Assembly: GCA_037190965.1 (NCBI GenBank)
Contig: JBBCKI010000049.1
Span: 1-64,000 of the forward strand
DNA length: 64,000 nucleotides
Source of the DNA: Chthoniobacteraceae bacterium
GTDB taxonomy: Bacteria; Verrucomicrobiota; Verrucomicrobiia; Chthoniobacterales; Chthoniobacteraceae
Reading direction: 5' to 3'
A model generated the notes under the pieces. The model saw nothing but the letters and a program-made list of their open reading frames with translations. It had not been told where the DNA came from and ran no database searches. Position numbers and translations under genes: made by a program. Shown piece by piece: positions 29,701 through 39,334 of this stretch (the stretch's first letter is position 1; each line of letters starts with the position of its first letter).

Positions 29701-29992
29701 CCACATCGTCGGCATCACGCGGAATCACGACGCCGATGGGCACCTGCCGATAGTTGGAGCTGTCTACCGCATACAGAGCCCTCGAGCCCTCGTCGAAGCG
29801 CACCTCTCCACGGATGCTCCGCCGAAGCTGCCTGAAAATCTCATGCGCGGCAGAGGCAGGGAACGGCGCTTCATGTTTTGGAGGCTTTGGATGGGTACGT
29901 TGTTCGACGCGGGGAGGTTCTGTCGAGGGGCGAGGAGGCAGAGGGGGCGCTGCAGGATGATCGGCGGTCTTTGGATTAACGTGCTCTTGCAT
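26786..29992 (-). CDS. FAD-linked oxidase / (Fe-S)-binding oxidoreductase (GlcD/GlcF fusion, YdiJ-like)
   Basis: RGAGTSLAGQ, GGMIGNN, SGEHGDG, CVGVGKC, CLACKGCKSDCP, CCG domains. Confidence 0.9.
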   Translation of the reverse strand: MQEHVNPKTADHPAAPPLPPRPSTEPPRVEQRTHPKPPKHEAPFPASAAHEIFRQLRRSIRGEVRFDEGSRALYAVDSSNYRQVPIGVVIPRDADDVVETVAICRRYGAPITGRGAGTSLAGQCCNAAVILDFSKNMNEVVEIDTTRKIARVQPGLILDHLNRAAKAKGLIFGPDPATHDHCTIGGMIGNNSGGVHSVMAQFYGPGARTSDNVIALEILAYDGLRMRVGATEEQELARIISTGGRRAEIYSQLNTLRNRYGDLIRTRYPKIPRRVSGYTLDDLLPEKGFNVARALSGTEGTCVTILEATVQLMDDFPARSLVVLGFPDVYSAGDFVPKVLEHYPVGLEGMDNILIDAMKIKGIHPREIALLPPGKGWLIAEFGGETRAESDERGRKLIKAVEGMSNAPTTRLYDDPLHEKIIWEIRDAGLGASARVPREADTWEGWEDATVPTDNLGDYLREFRSLLERYNYHCTLYGHFGQGVVHTRIDFGLKTREGIAAYERFGYDAAQLVVRYGGSLSGEHGDGQSRGELLSIMFGEQLVDAFEEYKTIWDPEWKMNPGKVVRPYRRDQNIRFSPDPPNSYHPRQPDTHFPFADDKGSFSYALERCVGVGKCRRTEGGTMCPSFMVTREEKHSTRGRARLLLEMLEGQVIGKNGWRDKAVHDALDLCLACKGCKSDCPVNVDMATYKAEFLSHYYAGRLRPRAAYSMGLIPWWARIASKMPAVANFATQTPGVRAAAKWLGGISQARRIPLFASESFQDWFARRNLPARNTPGVRRVILWPDTFNNYLLPRTAKAAVNVLESTGFEVIVPQAKLCCGRPLYDFGMLTMARHFLRNIMDTLAPEIEAGTPIVGLEPSCVAVFRDELISLFPRDEQAQRLSKQVFTLGEFLDKHASEMKLPKFYRKAILHGHCHQKSVIGMAAEESILTKMGIDYHQLESGCCGMAGSFGFEREHYDISVKCGERVLIPSVQEANRDTFIVTDGFSCREQIEQLTDRRALHLAELLDLALQTGGHGPAGNEPEGALFDLYPEPSFDTRKALIVAAGIGGVLAAATAAWLLGRPKGKR

Positions 29993-30059
29993 CTCAGTAC
30001 GAGTTCGGAAATCGGATTCATGTTGTCCCCTCCCCCGCCTTACGCTGCTTTATGCTGAT

Positions 30060-31130
30060 TTATGCCACTCGGAACGGCTCCATATCGGTACGTTTCAGGA
30101 GAATTCCGAGTCCGGGACGATTCGCGCTTGGGATAAGAGCGCCCCCTTCAGGTTCGATAAAGCCTTCGAAAAAGAGCCGTTCAATCCGAACATGGTCGTG
30201 AAACCATTCCAGGTGGCGAAAATTTCCGACGGAAGCGCCAAGGTGCATGTGGATCGTCGGCGCGCAATGAGAGGAGATCGGCACCTGTCTTTCGAGCGCG
30301 AGATCTGCCGCTTTCAGAAAACCGGTAATGCCTTGGCAGCGGGTTGCATCCGCCTGAATGACGTCGACCACAGGAAAGAGTTCCTGGAAGTCACGCAACT
30401 CGAAACCGTACTCTCCAGCGGCGACTTCCATTCGAACCCGATCCCGAACCACCAGGAGCCCGGCGGGATCGTCGTAAGGCACCGGCTCTTCAAACCAGAC
30501 GACCGCAGAATCGAAGAAGCTGTGCGCAAGCTCGATTGCAAGTTTCGGGGAGTAGGCCCCGTTGGCATCGACCATCAGGTCGGCTTTCGGTCCAATCGCA
30601 GCGCGAGCTTGCTGAACCCGTAAAGGATCAGTGGAAGGCTCCCTGCCAACTTTCATTTTGACGCTTGGAATGCCCTGTGCAACCCATCCCGCGAGCTGAG
30701 CCTCAAGCTGGGACATCGAATAGGAGGTAAAACCTCCGCTGCCATAAATCGGAACCGCCGTGCGCGAGCGACCGAGCAAATCAGCAAGCGAAAGCCCGAG
30801 CTGTTTTGCCCTTAAATCCCATAGCGCCACATCGACAGCAGAAAGCGCCATCGAGGCAATGCCAGGCCGCCCGATATTACGAAGCGCGACTCGCATCGTG
30901 TGAAAAGCAGCGGGAATATGCGCTTCACCAATGACTACCCTGGCCAATGGATCGCGAATTACATTAACCGCCGCTGGCGAAGCATAGCTATACCCGATAC
31001 CGATATATCTGCCGGCGTGAAGCTCCACGACAACCATCGTCGTACTGCTCCACTCCAGCGTTCCATCGGATTCGGGGAGATCCGTGGGCACGGTGTAGGC
31101 GGACACCTCCAGTTTCTCAATCGGAATCAC
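30060..31130 (-). CDS. Mandelate racemase-subgroup enolase family protein
   Basis: SAVDVALWDL, YGSGGF, KMK, DANG, EEP, GEY, SSH. GTG start. Confidence 0.85.
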   Translation of the reverse strand: MIPIEKLEVSAYTVPTDLPESDGTLEWSSTTMVVVELHAGRYIGIGYSYASPAAVNVIRDPLARVVIGEAHIPAAFHTMRVALRNIGRPGIASMALSAVDVALWDLRAKQLGLSLADLLGRSRTAVPIYGSGGFTSYSMSQLEAQLAGWVAQGIPSVKMKVGREPSTDPLRVQQARAAIGPKADLMVDANGAYSPKLAIELAHSFFDSAVVWFEEPVPYDDPAGLLVVRDRVRMEVAAGEYGFELRDFQELFPVVDVIQADATRCQGITGFLKAADLALERQVPISSHCAPTIHMHLGASVGNFRHLEWFHDHVRIERLFFEGFIEPEGGALIPSANRPGLGILLKRTDMEPFRVA

Positions 31131-31136
31131 GAGCGC

Positions 31137-32927
31137 TCAATGACGGTGCGGGAGGACTCCCTGAAGAGCGTCTCTGAACGCGCCACGAATCATGGACTCA
31201 CGGCCGGTATCGCCCTCCACGATTGCCGACATGAAGTTCTTTGCCTGCTTCAGACTGATATGCGGCGGAAGGTTCGGAACTTCCGGATCGCACAAGGCAT
31301 CGATCACCGTGGGCCGGTCCGCGGCGAAGGCGTGATCCCAAGCTTTGCCGATTTTATCGGGCGTATCGACGAAAATTCCGTTGAGTCCAATGAGATCGGC
31401 ATAGCGGGCGAACGAGAACTCGGGAACCCGCTGTGAGATGTCAAACTTGGGATCGCCTGTCATCACCCGTTGCTCCCAAGTCACCTGATTGAGATCGCGA
31501 TTGGCGAGAACCAGGACGATCAGCCGGGGATCGGTCCATTCCTTCCAATGTTCGGCAACGGTATTTAGCTCGTTAATGCCATTCATTAGCATGGCGCCAT
31601 CGCCAACCAGCGCAACGGCAGGGCGGTCAGGAAAAGCAAACTTCGCCGCGATGGCATATGGAACGCCCGGCCCCATGGTGGCCAGATTGCCCGATAGCGA
31701 AGCCATCATTCCCCTGCGGATCTTGAGATCGCGGGCAAACCAATTGGCCGAAGAGCCTGAGTCGGCTGAAATGATGACATTATCCGGCAACCGGGGAGAA
31801 AGTTCCCAAAAAAGACGTTGTGGGTTGATCGGGTTGGCGGGAACCATCGCCCGCGCTTCAAGTACCTTCCACCAGTTGCTGACTTGTGCCTCAATCTTCT
31901 CGCGCCAGTGGCGGTCTTCCTTTCGCCTAAGGAATGGGATCAGCGCGCGCAGGGTTTCAGCGGTGTCGCCGACCAGCGGAACCTCCATCGGGTAGCGCAT
32001 GCTGAGGTTCTTGGGGTCGATATCGATCTGCACGCCACGCGCGGCGCCTTCCGGCGGAAGAAATTCGGTGTAAGGAAAGGTTGAGCCGATCATCAGGAAT
32101 GTATCGCAATGTTGCATCATCTCCCAACTCGGCTCAGTGCCGAGAAGCCCGATGGCTCCCGTGCAATAAGGGAGCGCATCCGGGATAACCGCTTTCCCCA
32201 GAAGCGCCTTCGCAACCCCGGCACCAAGCAGATCCGCTACCGCGATCACCTCGTCCGTCGCTTGAAGCGCGCCCGCCCCCACGAGCATGGCCACTTTCCG
32301 GCCGCTATTGAGCACCTCTGCTGCGTGCCTCAGGTCTGCTTCCTTCGGGACAATGTGCGGTGCAGAATAACCGATGCCCGAGAGCACCGCGCCGTGAGAA
32401 CGGGGCGGATGCGGCACGGCAGCGCATTCCTGCACGTCGTTTGGGATAATCAGCGTGGTCACCGTCCGTTCGGCTACGGCGATTCGCACGGCGCGGTCAA
32501 CGAGATGGCGGATCTGCGTGGGAGATGAGGCCATCTGCACATACTCGCGCGACACGTCCTTGAAGAGATTGGGTAGATCGACCTCTTGCTGGTAGTCGCT
32601 CCCGAGACCACACCGTGTCTGCTGACCCACAATCGCGAGGACTGGCTGATGGTCCATCCGCGCGTCGTAGAGACCATTGAGAAGATGAATCGCCCCCGGC
32701 CCGGAGGTGGCAAGGCAGACGCCGATCTGTCCTGTGAATTTTGCGTGCGCACAGGCCATGAAGGCAGCCATCTCTTCATGCCGCACCTCGATGTACTGGA
32801 TCCGGTTTCCTGCTCGGCGAATCGCACCGATGATTCCATTGATCCCGTCGCCAGGAAAACCATAGATGCGGCGGATCCCCCAGTTCAGGAGGCGTTGAAT
32901 GAGATAATCACTTACGTTTCGGCTCAT
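31137..32927 (-). CDS. Thiamine pyrophosphate-requiring protein (pyruvate oxidase/dehydrogenase family)
   Basis: GFPGDGING, RHEEMAAF, TSGPGAIHLLNGLYDA, TPP motif GDGAM...N. Confidence 0.9.
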   Translation of the reverse strand: MSRNVSDYLIQRLLNWGIRRIYGFPGDGINGIIGAIRRAGNRIQYIEVRHEEMAAFMACAHAKFTGQIGVCLATSGPGAIHLLNGLYDARMDHQPVLAIVGQQTRCGLGSDYQQEVDLPNLFKDVSREYVQMASSPTQIRHLVDRAVRIAVAERTVTTLIIPNDVQECAAVPHPPRSHGAVLSGIGYSAPHIVPKEADLRHAAEVLNSGRKVAMLVGAGALQATDEVIAVADLLGAGVAKALLGKAVIPDALPYCTGAIGLLGTEPSWEMMQHCDTFLMIGSTFPYTEFLPPEGAARGVQIDIDPKNLSMRYPMEVPLVGDTAETLRALIPFLRRKEDRHWREKIEAQVSNWWKVLEARAMVPANPINPQRLFWELSPRLPDNVIISADSGSSANWFARDLKIRRGMMASLSGNLATMGPGVPYAIAAKFAFPDRPAVALVGDGAMLMNGINELNTVAEHWKEWTDPRLIVLVLANRDLNQVTWEQRVMTGDPKFDISQRVPEFSFARYADLIGLNGIFVDTPDKIGKAWDHAFAADRPTVIDALCDPEVPNLPPHISLKQAKNFMSAIVEGDTGRESMIRGAFRDALQGVLPHRH

Positions 32928-33083
32928 AGGCTCTCAACCCGAATCGGCCTGGCAAGTGGCTATGGTCTGATTGCTGGGCTAGTGAGCAAGACAGCAACCG
33001 CGGTACTGAAGGTTTGAATAGGAGCCAGGGCCAGGCCATCAGAAAATCAAGCGAATTGATCGTTGCAAAACGTTTCCATCTAT

Positions 33084-33962
33084 ATGACGTCCTCAAAAAA
33101 TCCCCAAGAACGCCACCCTCAGCCGCCCTATCCTGCGCGGCAGCAGCATCCGCCAGGGTACGAGCACGAGATGGAGCCGAAGGTGGACCACGGAGAAGAG
33201 AGTTACAAAGGTTGCAACCGCCTGAAGGGACGGCGAGCGCTCATCACGGGCGCGGATAGCGGCATCGGTCGTGCGGTTGCAATTGCCTTTGCTCGTGAGG
33301 GTGCCGACGTGGCGATTTCCTACCTCTCCGAGGAGGGAGATGCCAGAGAAACGGAAAGGCTGGTCAAAGAGGCGGGGAGAAAGGCCGTTCTTCTTCCGGG
33401 AGACATCGGTTCAAAGGAGGTTTGTCGCCAGGTGGCCGACGAGGCCTATTCCCACCTGGGCGGGATCGACATTCTCGTCAATAATGCCGCCCTTCAGCGG
33501 ACCTACGAATCGCTCGAGGCGATCCCTGATGACGAATTTGAGGCGACCTTCCGGGTCAATGTATTCGCGATGTTCTGGCTTTCCAAAGCCATCCTCCCAA
33601 GGATGTCCGAAGGTGCCTCAATCATTAATACGGCCTCCATCCAATCCTTCGATCCCACTGCCCAGCTCATTGCGTACGCCGCAACAAAGGCAGCCATCGC
33701 CAGTTTTACACGTTCGCTCGCCAATCTCGCTATCGAAGATGGAGTTCGGGTCAATGCTGTGGCCCCCGGGCCGGTCTGGACTCCGCTGATCCCATCAACA
33801 ATGCCAAAAGAGAAAGTGAAGCAGTTCGGAAAACATACCGCCTTCAGAAGAGCGGCCCAACCTGCCGAAATGGCGCCCATTTACGTTTTCCTCGCAAGCG
33901 ATGAGGCGAGCTACGTGACGGGTGAAATCTATGGCGCCACGGGCGGCCAAACGCCACTCTGA
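33084..33962 (+). CDS. SDR family oxidoreductase (YghA / general stress protein type)
   Basis: DHGEESYKG, TGADSGIG, NNA, YAATK, PGPVWTPL. ATG at 33084. Confidence 0.9.
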   Translation: MTSSKNPQERHPQPPYPARQQHPPGYEHEMEPKVDHGEESYKGCNRLKGRRALITGADSGIGRAVAIAFAREGADVAISYLSEEGDARETERLVKEAGRKAVLLPGDIGSKEVCRQVADEAYSHLGGIDILVNNAALQRTYESLEAIPDDEFEATFRVNVFAMFWLSKAILPRMSEGASIINTASIQSFDPTAQLIAYAATKAAIASFTRSLANLAIEDGVRVNAVAPGPVWTPLIPSTMPKEKVKQFGKHTAFRRAAQPAEMAPIYVFLASDEASYVTGEIYGATGGQTPL

Positions 33963-33972
33963 CAGGCGAACG

Positions 33973-34521
33973 CTATTTCAATCTTTCCACATTCGAGATA
34001 CCCTCCCTCACTCTCTCTATGGCGCGCTGAGGGCCAAAACGCCCCAATGGGAAGAACTGCTTCCCCATCACCTGGTTATAGGAGATAAAAAAGTGTTCAA
34101 TTTCCGACAATAATTCTTCGGAAAGCGAGTGAAGCGACTGAATATTCCGATGGCGTCGCGATTCAACAGCCACACCGATCAACCTGTCATTACGCACTAC
34201 TTTACCGTCGACCTCCTTCTGCTCCGCGTCGATGACTCCCAGTAACCGGGCTTTCACCAGGCAGCCTACAAAAGTCGGCGCATCAATCAAGATCAGTAGA
34301 TCCACAGGATCTCCATCTCCCCCTAAGGTCCCTGGAACGAAGCCGAATTCGAACGGAAACGTCACTCCGATCGGCATCGGCTTGTCGAGTTCAAATAAAC
34401 CGTTCTCGAGATTGAACGCGAACTTGTTGCGGCTGCCCTGCGGTGTCTCTACGATTGCGTTTACATCACCTTCTCTGTTCGAAAAGGGAGAGATCTTCCA
34501 AAAGACTGAGTTGGCATCCAT
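33973..34521 (-). CDS. ppa: Inorganic pyrophosphatase (family I)
   Basis: VETPQGSRNK, FGFVPGTLGGDGDPVD, IEHFFISYN. Confidence 0.85.
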   Translation of the reverse strand: MDANSVFWKISPFSNREGDVNAIVETPQGSRNKFAFNLENGLFELDKPMPIGVTFPFEFGFVPGTLGGDGDPVDLLILIDAPTFVGCLVKARLLGVIDAEQKEVDGKVVRNDRLIGVAVESRRHRNIQSLHSLSEELLSEIEHFFISYNQVMGKQFFPLGRFGPQRAIERVREGISNVERLK

Positions 34522-34948
34522 CCCTCGTATAATCGAAAACCATACGATCTTGACGGGTGTGAAAGAGAAAGCCTTCAGATCGAATCGTGATCAGTTTGAT
34601 AAAGCATCTCTCAAAATGGTTCTTAAGACCATGGCCGCGACGTGCCCGCTTTCCGTTCTGGATCCCGACATTCCAAGTGTTACGGATAGAAAAACGCAAA
34701 GCGTGATACTCTGCGACAGGCCGAGCGTATCGTCGCCCCTTTCAGAATCCAGGCCGCTCGCCCCATATCGGAAGCCGTGCATCAGCTGGCTCTACCTCAT
34801 CAAACAAAAGGCCCGAACTTCGTTAGCTACAGAGATACCGATTCCTAATTTCCAAAAATTTGGAACATACTCCGAGAGGGCCATCAGGGATACACCGTCT
34901 TGAGGCTTATTCCAAACGCGCTATTTTTAATTAGCAAAAGGGGGATAT

Positions 34949-35629
34949 ATGCCAGGACAAACACAAACATTTCAAGAGGGCTTCCACGATCCGGAGAGAA
35001 CGAAGAAAACGCTTCAAACGGCAATGGGAGGCTTTGGGCTGGAAGCTCTGGGCGGAGTCGGTGCGGTGGTACTGGGAATCCTTGGCCTGGCCGGAATACT
35101 TCCACATCACCTCGCAGCGATCGCGGTCATCGTCCTGGGAGCTGCCACCTTGAGCGAGGGAGGTGCGATCGCGGCGAAGTATTCAGAGATGCTAAGAGAC
35201 ATCGGGGGCGGAACCGTTAATGCGGTCGAACTAGGCAGCGGCGTCACAACGGAGTTTATTGGGGGAGTCGGAGCGATTGTGCTCGGAATCCTCGCCCTGC
35301 TGGGAATGGCCCCAACAACCCTGGTTGCAGTCGCAATTATTGCGCTGGGCGCGACATTGCTCCTTAGCAGCGGAGAAACCAGCCGTTTGGCGGCACTCGG
35401 ATGGGAGCGTGGCGCTCCAACGGCCCGTGCCATGCACCTTGCCACCTCAAGCGCTTCCGGTGGACAAGTATTGCTAGGACTGGCGGCGATTATCCTTGGA
35501 ATCCTGTCACTAGTCATGGGTGGACCGCATGAACTGCTGTTGGCTCTCATCGGAATTATCTGCATCGGCGCAGCCCTACTCTTCAGTGGAACCGCGATAG
35601 CAGGAAGGCTGATGTCTCAACTTAGGTAA
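34949..35629 (+). CDS. Hypothetical Gly/Ala/Leu-rich membrane protein (about 6 TM, threefold internal repeat)
   Basis: Three G.GA(V/I)VLGIL.L-type hairpins; purine-rich RBS (AAGGGGG) before the ATG. Confidence 0.75.
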   Translation: MPGQTQTFQEGFHDPERTKKTLQTAMGGFGLEALGGVGAVVLGILGLAGILPHHLAAIAVIVLGAATLSEGGAIAAKYSEMLRDIGGGTVNAVELGSGVTTEFIGGVGAIVLGILALLGMAPTTLVAVAIIALGATLLLSSGETSRLAALGWERGAPTARAMHLATSSASGGQVLLGLAAIILGILSLVMGGPHELLLALIGIICIGAALLFSGTAIAGRLMSQLR

Positions 35630-35997
35630 ATAATTACAAACGATTCAGAAGGAAGGACACGACAGCAGCATATAACAATCCCAAGTGATAGCCAGTTAGA
35701 TAAAACCTCCGACCTGGCCAACCTTCGTGGTAGGCCAGGTTCTCCAATTTTAATTGGGAAGACCTCTACCGGCATCGACCAGAGGCAATTTTTCACCAGC
35801 AACAATCAACGGCAGGAGTTAACCGTCAATAGGATCCCGCCAGTTGAGCCTGGGCGGGCAAAATGACAGGTCATCGGTTGGAGTATTTGCGTTCAAGGAA
35901 CCAGGGAGCCAAGAGGAGGCCGCCGTCGGATGCCTGCGACTCTAAAATCCCGAAGAAAAATTTGATCGGCTCTCAGAAAGGTTCACGCCAACAAAGG

Positions 35998-38139
35998 CTA
36001 GTCCCTCTTGAGATAACGATTTGCCGTCTGAGCCGGCATGTCAAAAACCCGGTTATCCCGAATCGAACGGCGCAGCTTCAGGTATTCTGCATGCGCCCAG
36101 ACAAGCGGCATTGCGGAACCGGTGGGGCGGCCCAAGAAGAGATTCCGGTCCGGAATGTCAGCAGCGTCCCAGATTTGTTCGGGGAGAAACCCGGAAGAAT
36201 TGGCAAACGCTTCCATGGCTTTCATTAAGCGAATTGCTTCGTCACGGTTGCCGGCTGCCAGCTCATAATGGGCTCTTTCGCCTGTGAGAAGCGGCCAGGC
36301 TCGCCCGACCCCATTTTCTCCTCCAGTGTAGGGCGAGCCGTCTGCGCCTTCTCCATACCGGTCGCCGTTGTAACGTTTCCAGCATGGTCCGAACGGCGTC
36401 TCAACCTTTAGAAGCGAGTCGATCACTTTCAACGTGTTCAAAATCCGGGGGTCGTGAGGCGATCGAAGCCCAAAGCGCACCAAAGCAAGTGCATCCGGAC
36501 TGACAATTTCCCCCGCCATGGACTTTGCCCCCTTCCAACCAGGGACAGAAATCGGACGATCTGCAATTGGCGTTGCGGCCGGTTCCGATGGAACCAGAAA
36601 CGCGTAGTAGCCTTCGACACCGGTCCTTTTGGCGAGGTCGGTGCCTGAAACGTAGGTCCATTCCTCGATTCTTGAATTCCATGCGTCGGCTACCGTCCGC
36701 GCTTTCTCCGCAAAGAACGTATTTCCAATTCGCTCTCCATATTCTGCTGCGGCAAGGAGCGCGCTCACCATGACGGCAAGAGTGTAGGTCGAATACCCGG
36801 CCAATTCCTCCCAACGACCTTGTCGCGTTACCGGCCCGTTTTGGATAAGATATTCCACTGATTTTTGGACCGTCGGCCAAAAGGTGGAAAATTGTTCCTG
36901 GTCGAGCGTAGGCTCACGCGAACCGAGAAATGCCGCCAGGATCGGTAAGGCAACTTCGTCGAGTTGAATTCCACTCCAGTGGGGCGCTCCGTCCACCCAC
37001 ATGTTCTGGGGCCAGTGGCCATCGCATTCCTGAGTGGCGTGCAAGTAAGTAAGTACCCGGCGGGCTGGCTCATGGGCTCCCGCGGCAACCAACCCGCCGA
37101 ACGATTCGATAAGGTCTCGCGTCCAGACCATGTGATAACCCGCTTCGCCATCGCCGCGAGCTTCCCCCCAAGGTGTGCTCAGGCTCGCCACCATAGCCCC
37201 CGAGAAATCCTTGCTTTCGTGCATCTTGAGCACCTCGGCGCTGATGCGGTGCATCCGGTTATCGCCAAGATCGTGGTAACCCGAAAGATCCAATGAATTC
37301 TGCCAGGCCCGCCATTGCTGCGTGTACTCTTGTAAGGCAGCGTTGAAACCCGCGATCAAACCCGCCCGGGCATTAAGAGCGGCTCCTGCTGGCATTGATC
37401 CGAATCCCAGCGCGAGTTCGAAACATACCGGGGCATCATTGACATCGATTTCGGCTACCAACGCCACATTCCCATCCGGCGCGGACTCAAACTCCCACTG
37501 CATCTCCCCGTGCTGATGCACATCCTGCCAACCATCTGAAAAGCCGACATACCCGGCTGACATTCTCCGAAACGAGCGGGAGCACGCAAGCGCGAGCGAC
37601 GCCGATCCCTCATCTCCCGCAGCTTGCGCGAAAAGCATCGGGGTTGATTTGAAATCTCCTATCCAGGCATCGTTCCCCCATCCATGATTTCCCAAATGGG
37701 GCGCAAGAAGGACGAAAAGACGCGCCTCAATCTGAAGCGGTTCAAACCGGACACGAATCAAAAATGCATCGCGGGCGGGATCGGCAACGATCTCCTGTTC
37801 GAGAATGTAATGCCCCTGCTTGCAGGTATTTTTCAACCGGTAAGCTGGAACGCCGGATTCAAGCTCGATCACTTCGGAAACAGTGTCGCGCCGTTGTTCG
37901 GAAAAGAATCCCCGACCGTCCGCTACCATGAATTGAAGGTCACGTGTCGCCGCAATATCCAGGCGCGGATAAAAGGTTTCCGTCACGATTCCTTCGGCCA
38001 AGGTAAACCAGACTCTGCTGCGCGGTGAATTTGCGGTTCCCACTCCGCTTTTGGAGGCACTGCTCCAGGCTGGCGCCAGGCCCGGGTGCCCGGGCGCGAC
38101 CTTGAACTTCTTTTGCACGTCAGCTTCTGCGACATTCAT
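35998..38139 (-). CDS. Glucan 1,4-alpha-glucosidase / glucodextranase (GH15)
   Basis: APGHPG...KSGVGTA glucodextranase-N domain, GYHMVWTRD, IQLDEV, RWEE, WPLLTGER, LPEQIWD, PLVWAHAEY. Confidence 0.9.
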   Translation of the reverse strand: MNVAEADVQKKFKVAPGHPGLAPAWSSASKSGVGTANSPRSRVWFTLAEGIVTETFYPRLDIAATRDLQFMVADGRGFFSEQRRDTVSEVIELESGVPAYRLKNTCKQGHYILEQEIVADPARDAFLIRVRFEPLQIEARLFVLLAPHLGNHGWGNDAWIGDFKSTPMLFAQAAGDEGSASLALACSRSFRRMSAGYVGFSDGWQDVHQHGEMQWEFESAPDGNVALVAEIDVNDAPVCFELALGFGSMPAGAALNARAGLIAGFNAALQEYTQQWRAWQNSLDLSGYHDLGDNRMHRISAEVLKMHESKDFSGAMVASLSTPWGEARGDGEAGYHMVWTRDLIESFGGLVAAGAHEPARRVLTYLHATQECDGHWPQNMWVDGAPHWSGIQLDEVALPILAAFLGSREPTLDQEQFSTFWPTVQKSVEYLIQNGPVTRQGRWEELAGYSTYTLAVMVSALLAAAEYGERIGNTFFAEKARTVADAWNSRIEEWTYVSGTDLAKRTGVEGYYAFLVPSEPAATPIADRPISVPGWKGAKSMAGEIVSPDALALVRFGLRSPHDPRILNTLKVIDSLLKVETPFGPCWKRYNGDRYGEGADGSPYTGGENGVGRAWPLLTGERAHYELAAGNRDEAIRLMKAMEAFANSSGFLPEQIWDAADIPDRNLFLGRPTGSAMPLVWAHAEYLKLRRSIRDNRVFDMPAQTANRYLKRD

Positions 38140-38211
38140 AGCCTATTGGTACTGGTATTCGCGACAGAACCCCGGTTGCGCTCATTATCTTCAAATGTTC
38201 GGTCGACGTGT

Positions 38212-39255
38212 TCAGCCGAGCCGAAGCGAACCAGAACGCCGACTCCTTCCGAGCCTCGGCTTTCCGGATGAAGCAAACCATCCTGCAAGGGCCGCTCCGA
38301 GGCCCAGGGCCGCCATCATGAGAACATTCCGATGCAAATCGACCCAAAGCTGCGGACTGAACCGATGCTCGCGGGAGCGGAATACGCCCTCCGTGGCATG
38401 CATCCCTTCCACGGGTCGCCAAAGGTTGTCGGGACGATTCGGATCCTCCTTTCCATCATACTGTTGTGAGCTATAGCCGTGCGTCGCGAGATAGTGATCG
38501 AGAAACGCCGGAAAAAGCTTGTTGCCGATAATGGCGGCAACGGTCGGCATTCCAACCCAGATTTCACGGCGGCGATGATGGGAGGCCCAGACGATCGCAC
38601 GTGCAGCAACTTCCGGAGAATAGATGGGAGGGACGGGCTGTGCCTTGCGCGGAAGTCGACTTCTTACCCAGCCGAACTGCGGCGTGTTCAGAGCCGGCAT
38701 CTGCACCATCGTCAGCCGAATACGGCTGCGGTCATGGATCAGCTCACAGCGCAGAGAATCGCAGAAGCCTTCGATGGCGTGTTTGGCCGCACAATAGGCG
38801 CTCTGAAGGGGGATCCCCCGATAGGCCAAGGTGCTCCCGACCTGAATGATATGGCCCCGGTTGAGGGGCCGCATCCGCTTCAACGCGGAAAGCGTCCCGT
38901 AAACATAACCAAGGTAAGTCACTTCAGTGACACGCTTGAACTCCTCCGGAGTCATCTCGACGATGGGAGAAAAGACCGAAGCCATTGCATTATTGACCCA
39001 GACGTCGATTGCCCCAAAGTGCGCTTCAACGGCAGCGGCAGCCGCTTCCAACTGTTCGGGATCAGCAACATCGGCTTGGCAGACAATGGCGTCTCCTCCA
39101 AGTTCCGTCACTTCCCGTTTGGTCTCCTCCAGCGCCTTTGAACTCCGGGCAACCAACCCGATCCGCGCACCTTCCCGCGCAAACGCATGGGCAGTCGCAC
39201 GGCCGACGCCCGCCGAGGCACCGGTAATCACAACCACGCGAGCTTCCCTATTCAT
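38212..39255 (-). CDS. SDR family oxidoreductase with C-terminal hydrophobic tail
   Basis: TGASAGVG, WVNNA, YCAAK, PALNTPQF. Confidence 0.9.
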   Translation of the reverse strand: MNREARVVVITGASAGVGRATAHAFAREGARIGLVARSSKALEETKREVTELGGDAIVCQADVADPEQLEAAAAAVEAHFGAIDVWVNNAMASVFSPIVEMTPEEFKRVTEVTYLGYVYGTLSALKRMRPLNRGHIIQVGSTLAYRGIPLQSAYCAAKHAIEGFCDSLRCELIHDRSRIRLTMVQMPALNTPQFGWVRSRLPRKAQPVPPIYSPEVAARAIVWASHHRRREIWVGMPTVAAIIGNKLFPAFLDHYLATHGYSSQQYDGKEDPNRPDNLWRPVEGMHATEGVFRSREHRFSPQLWVDLHRNVLMMAALGLGAALAGWFASSGKPRLGRSRRSGSLRLG

Positions 39256-39334
39256 CGATTGTCAATCGCAGGGAACCCTCGGGATGGCGGTTACGAAGTG
39301 ATGCGCTGAAACACCCCCCCGGCAACTTCGTCAA

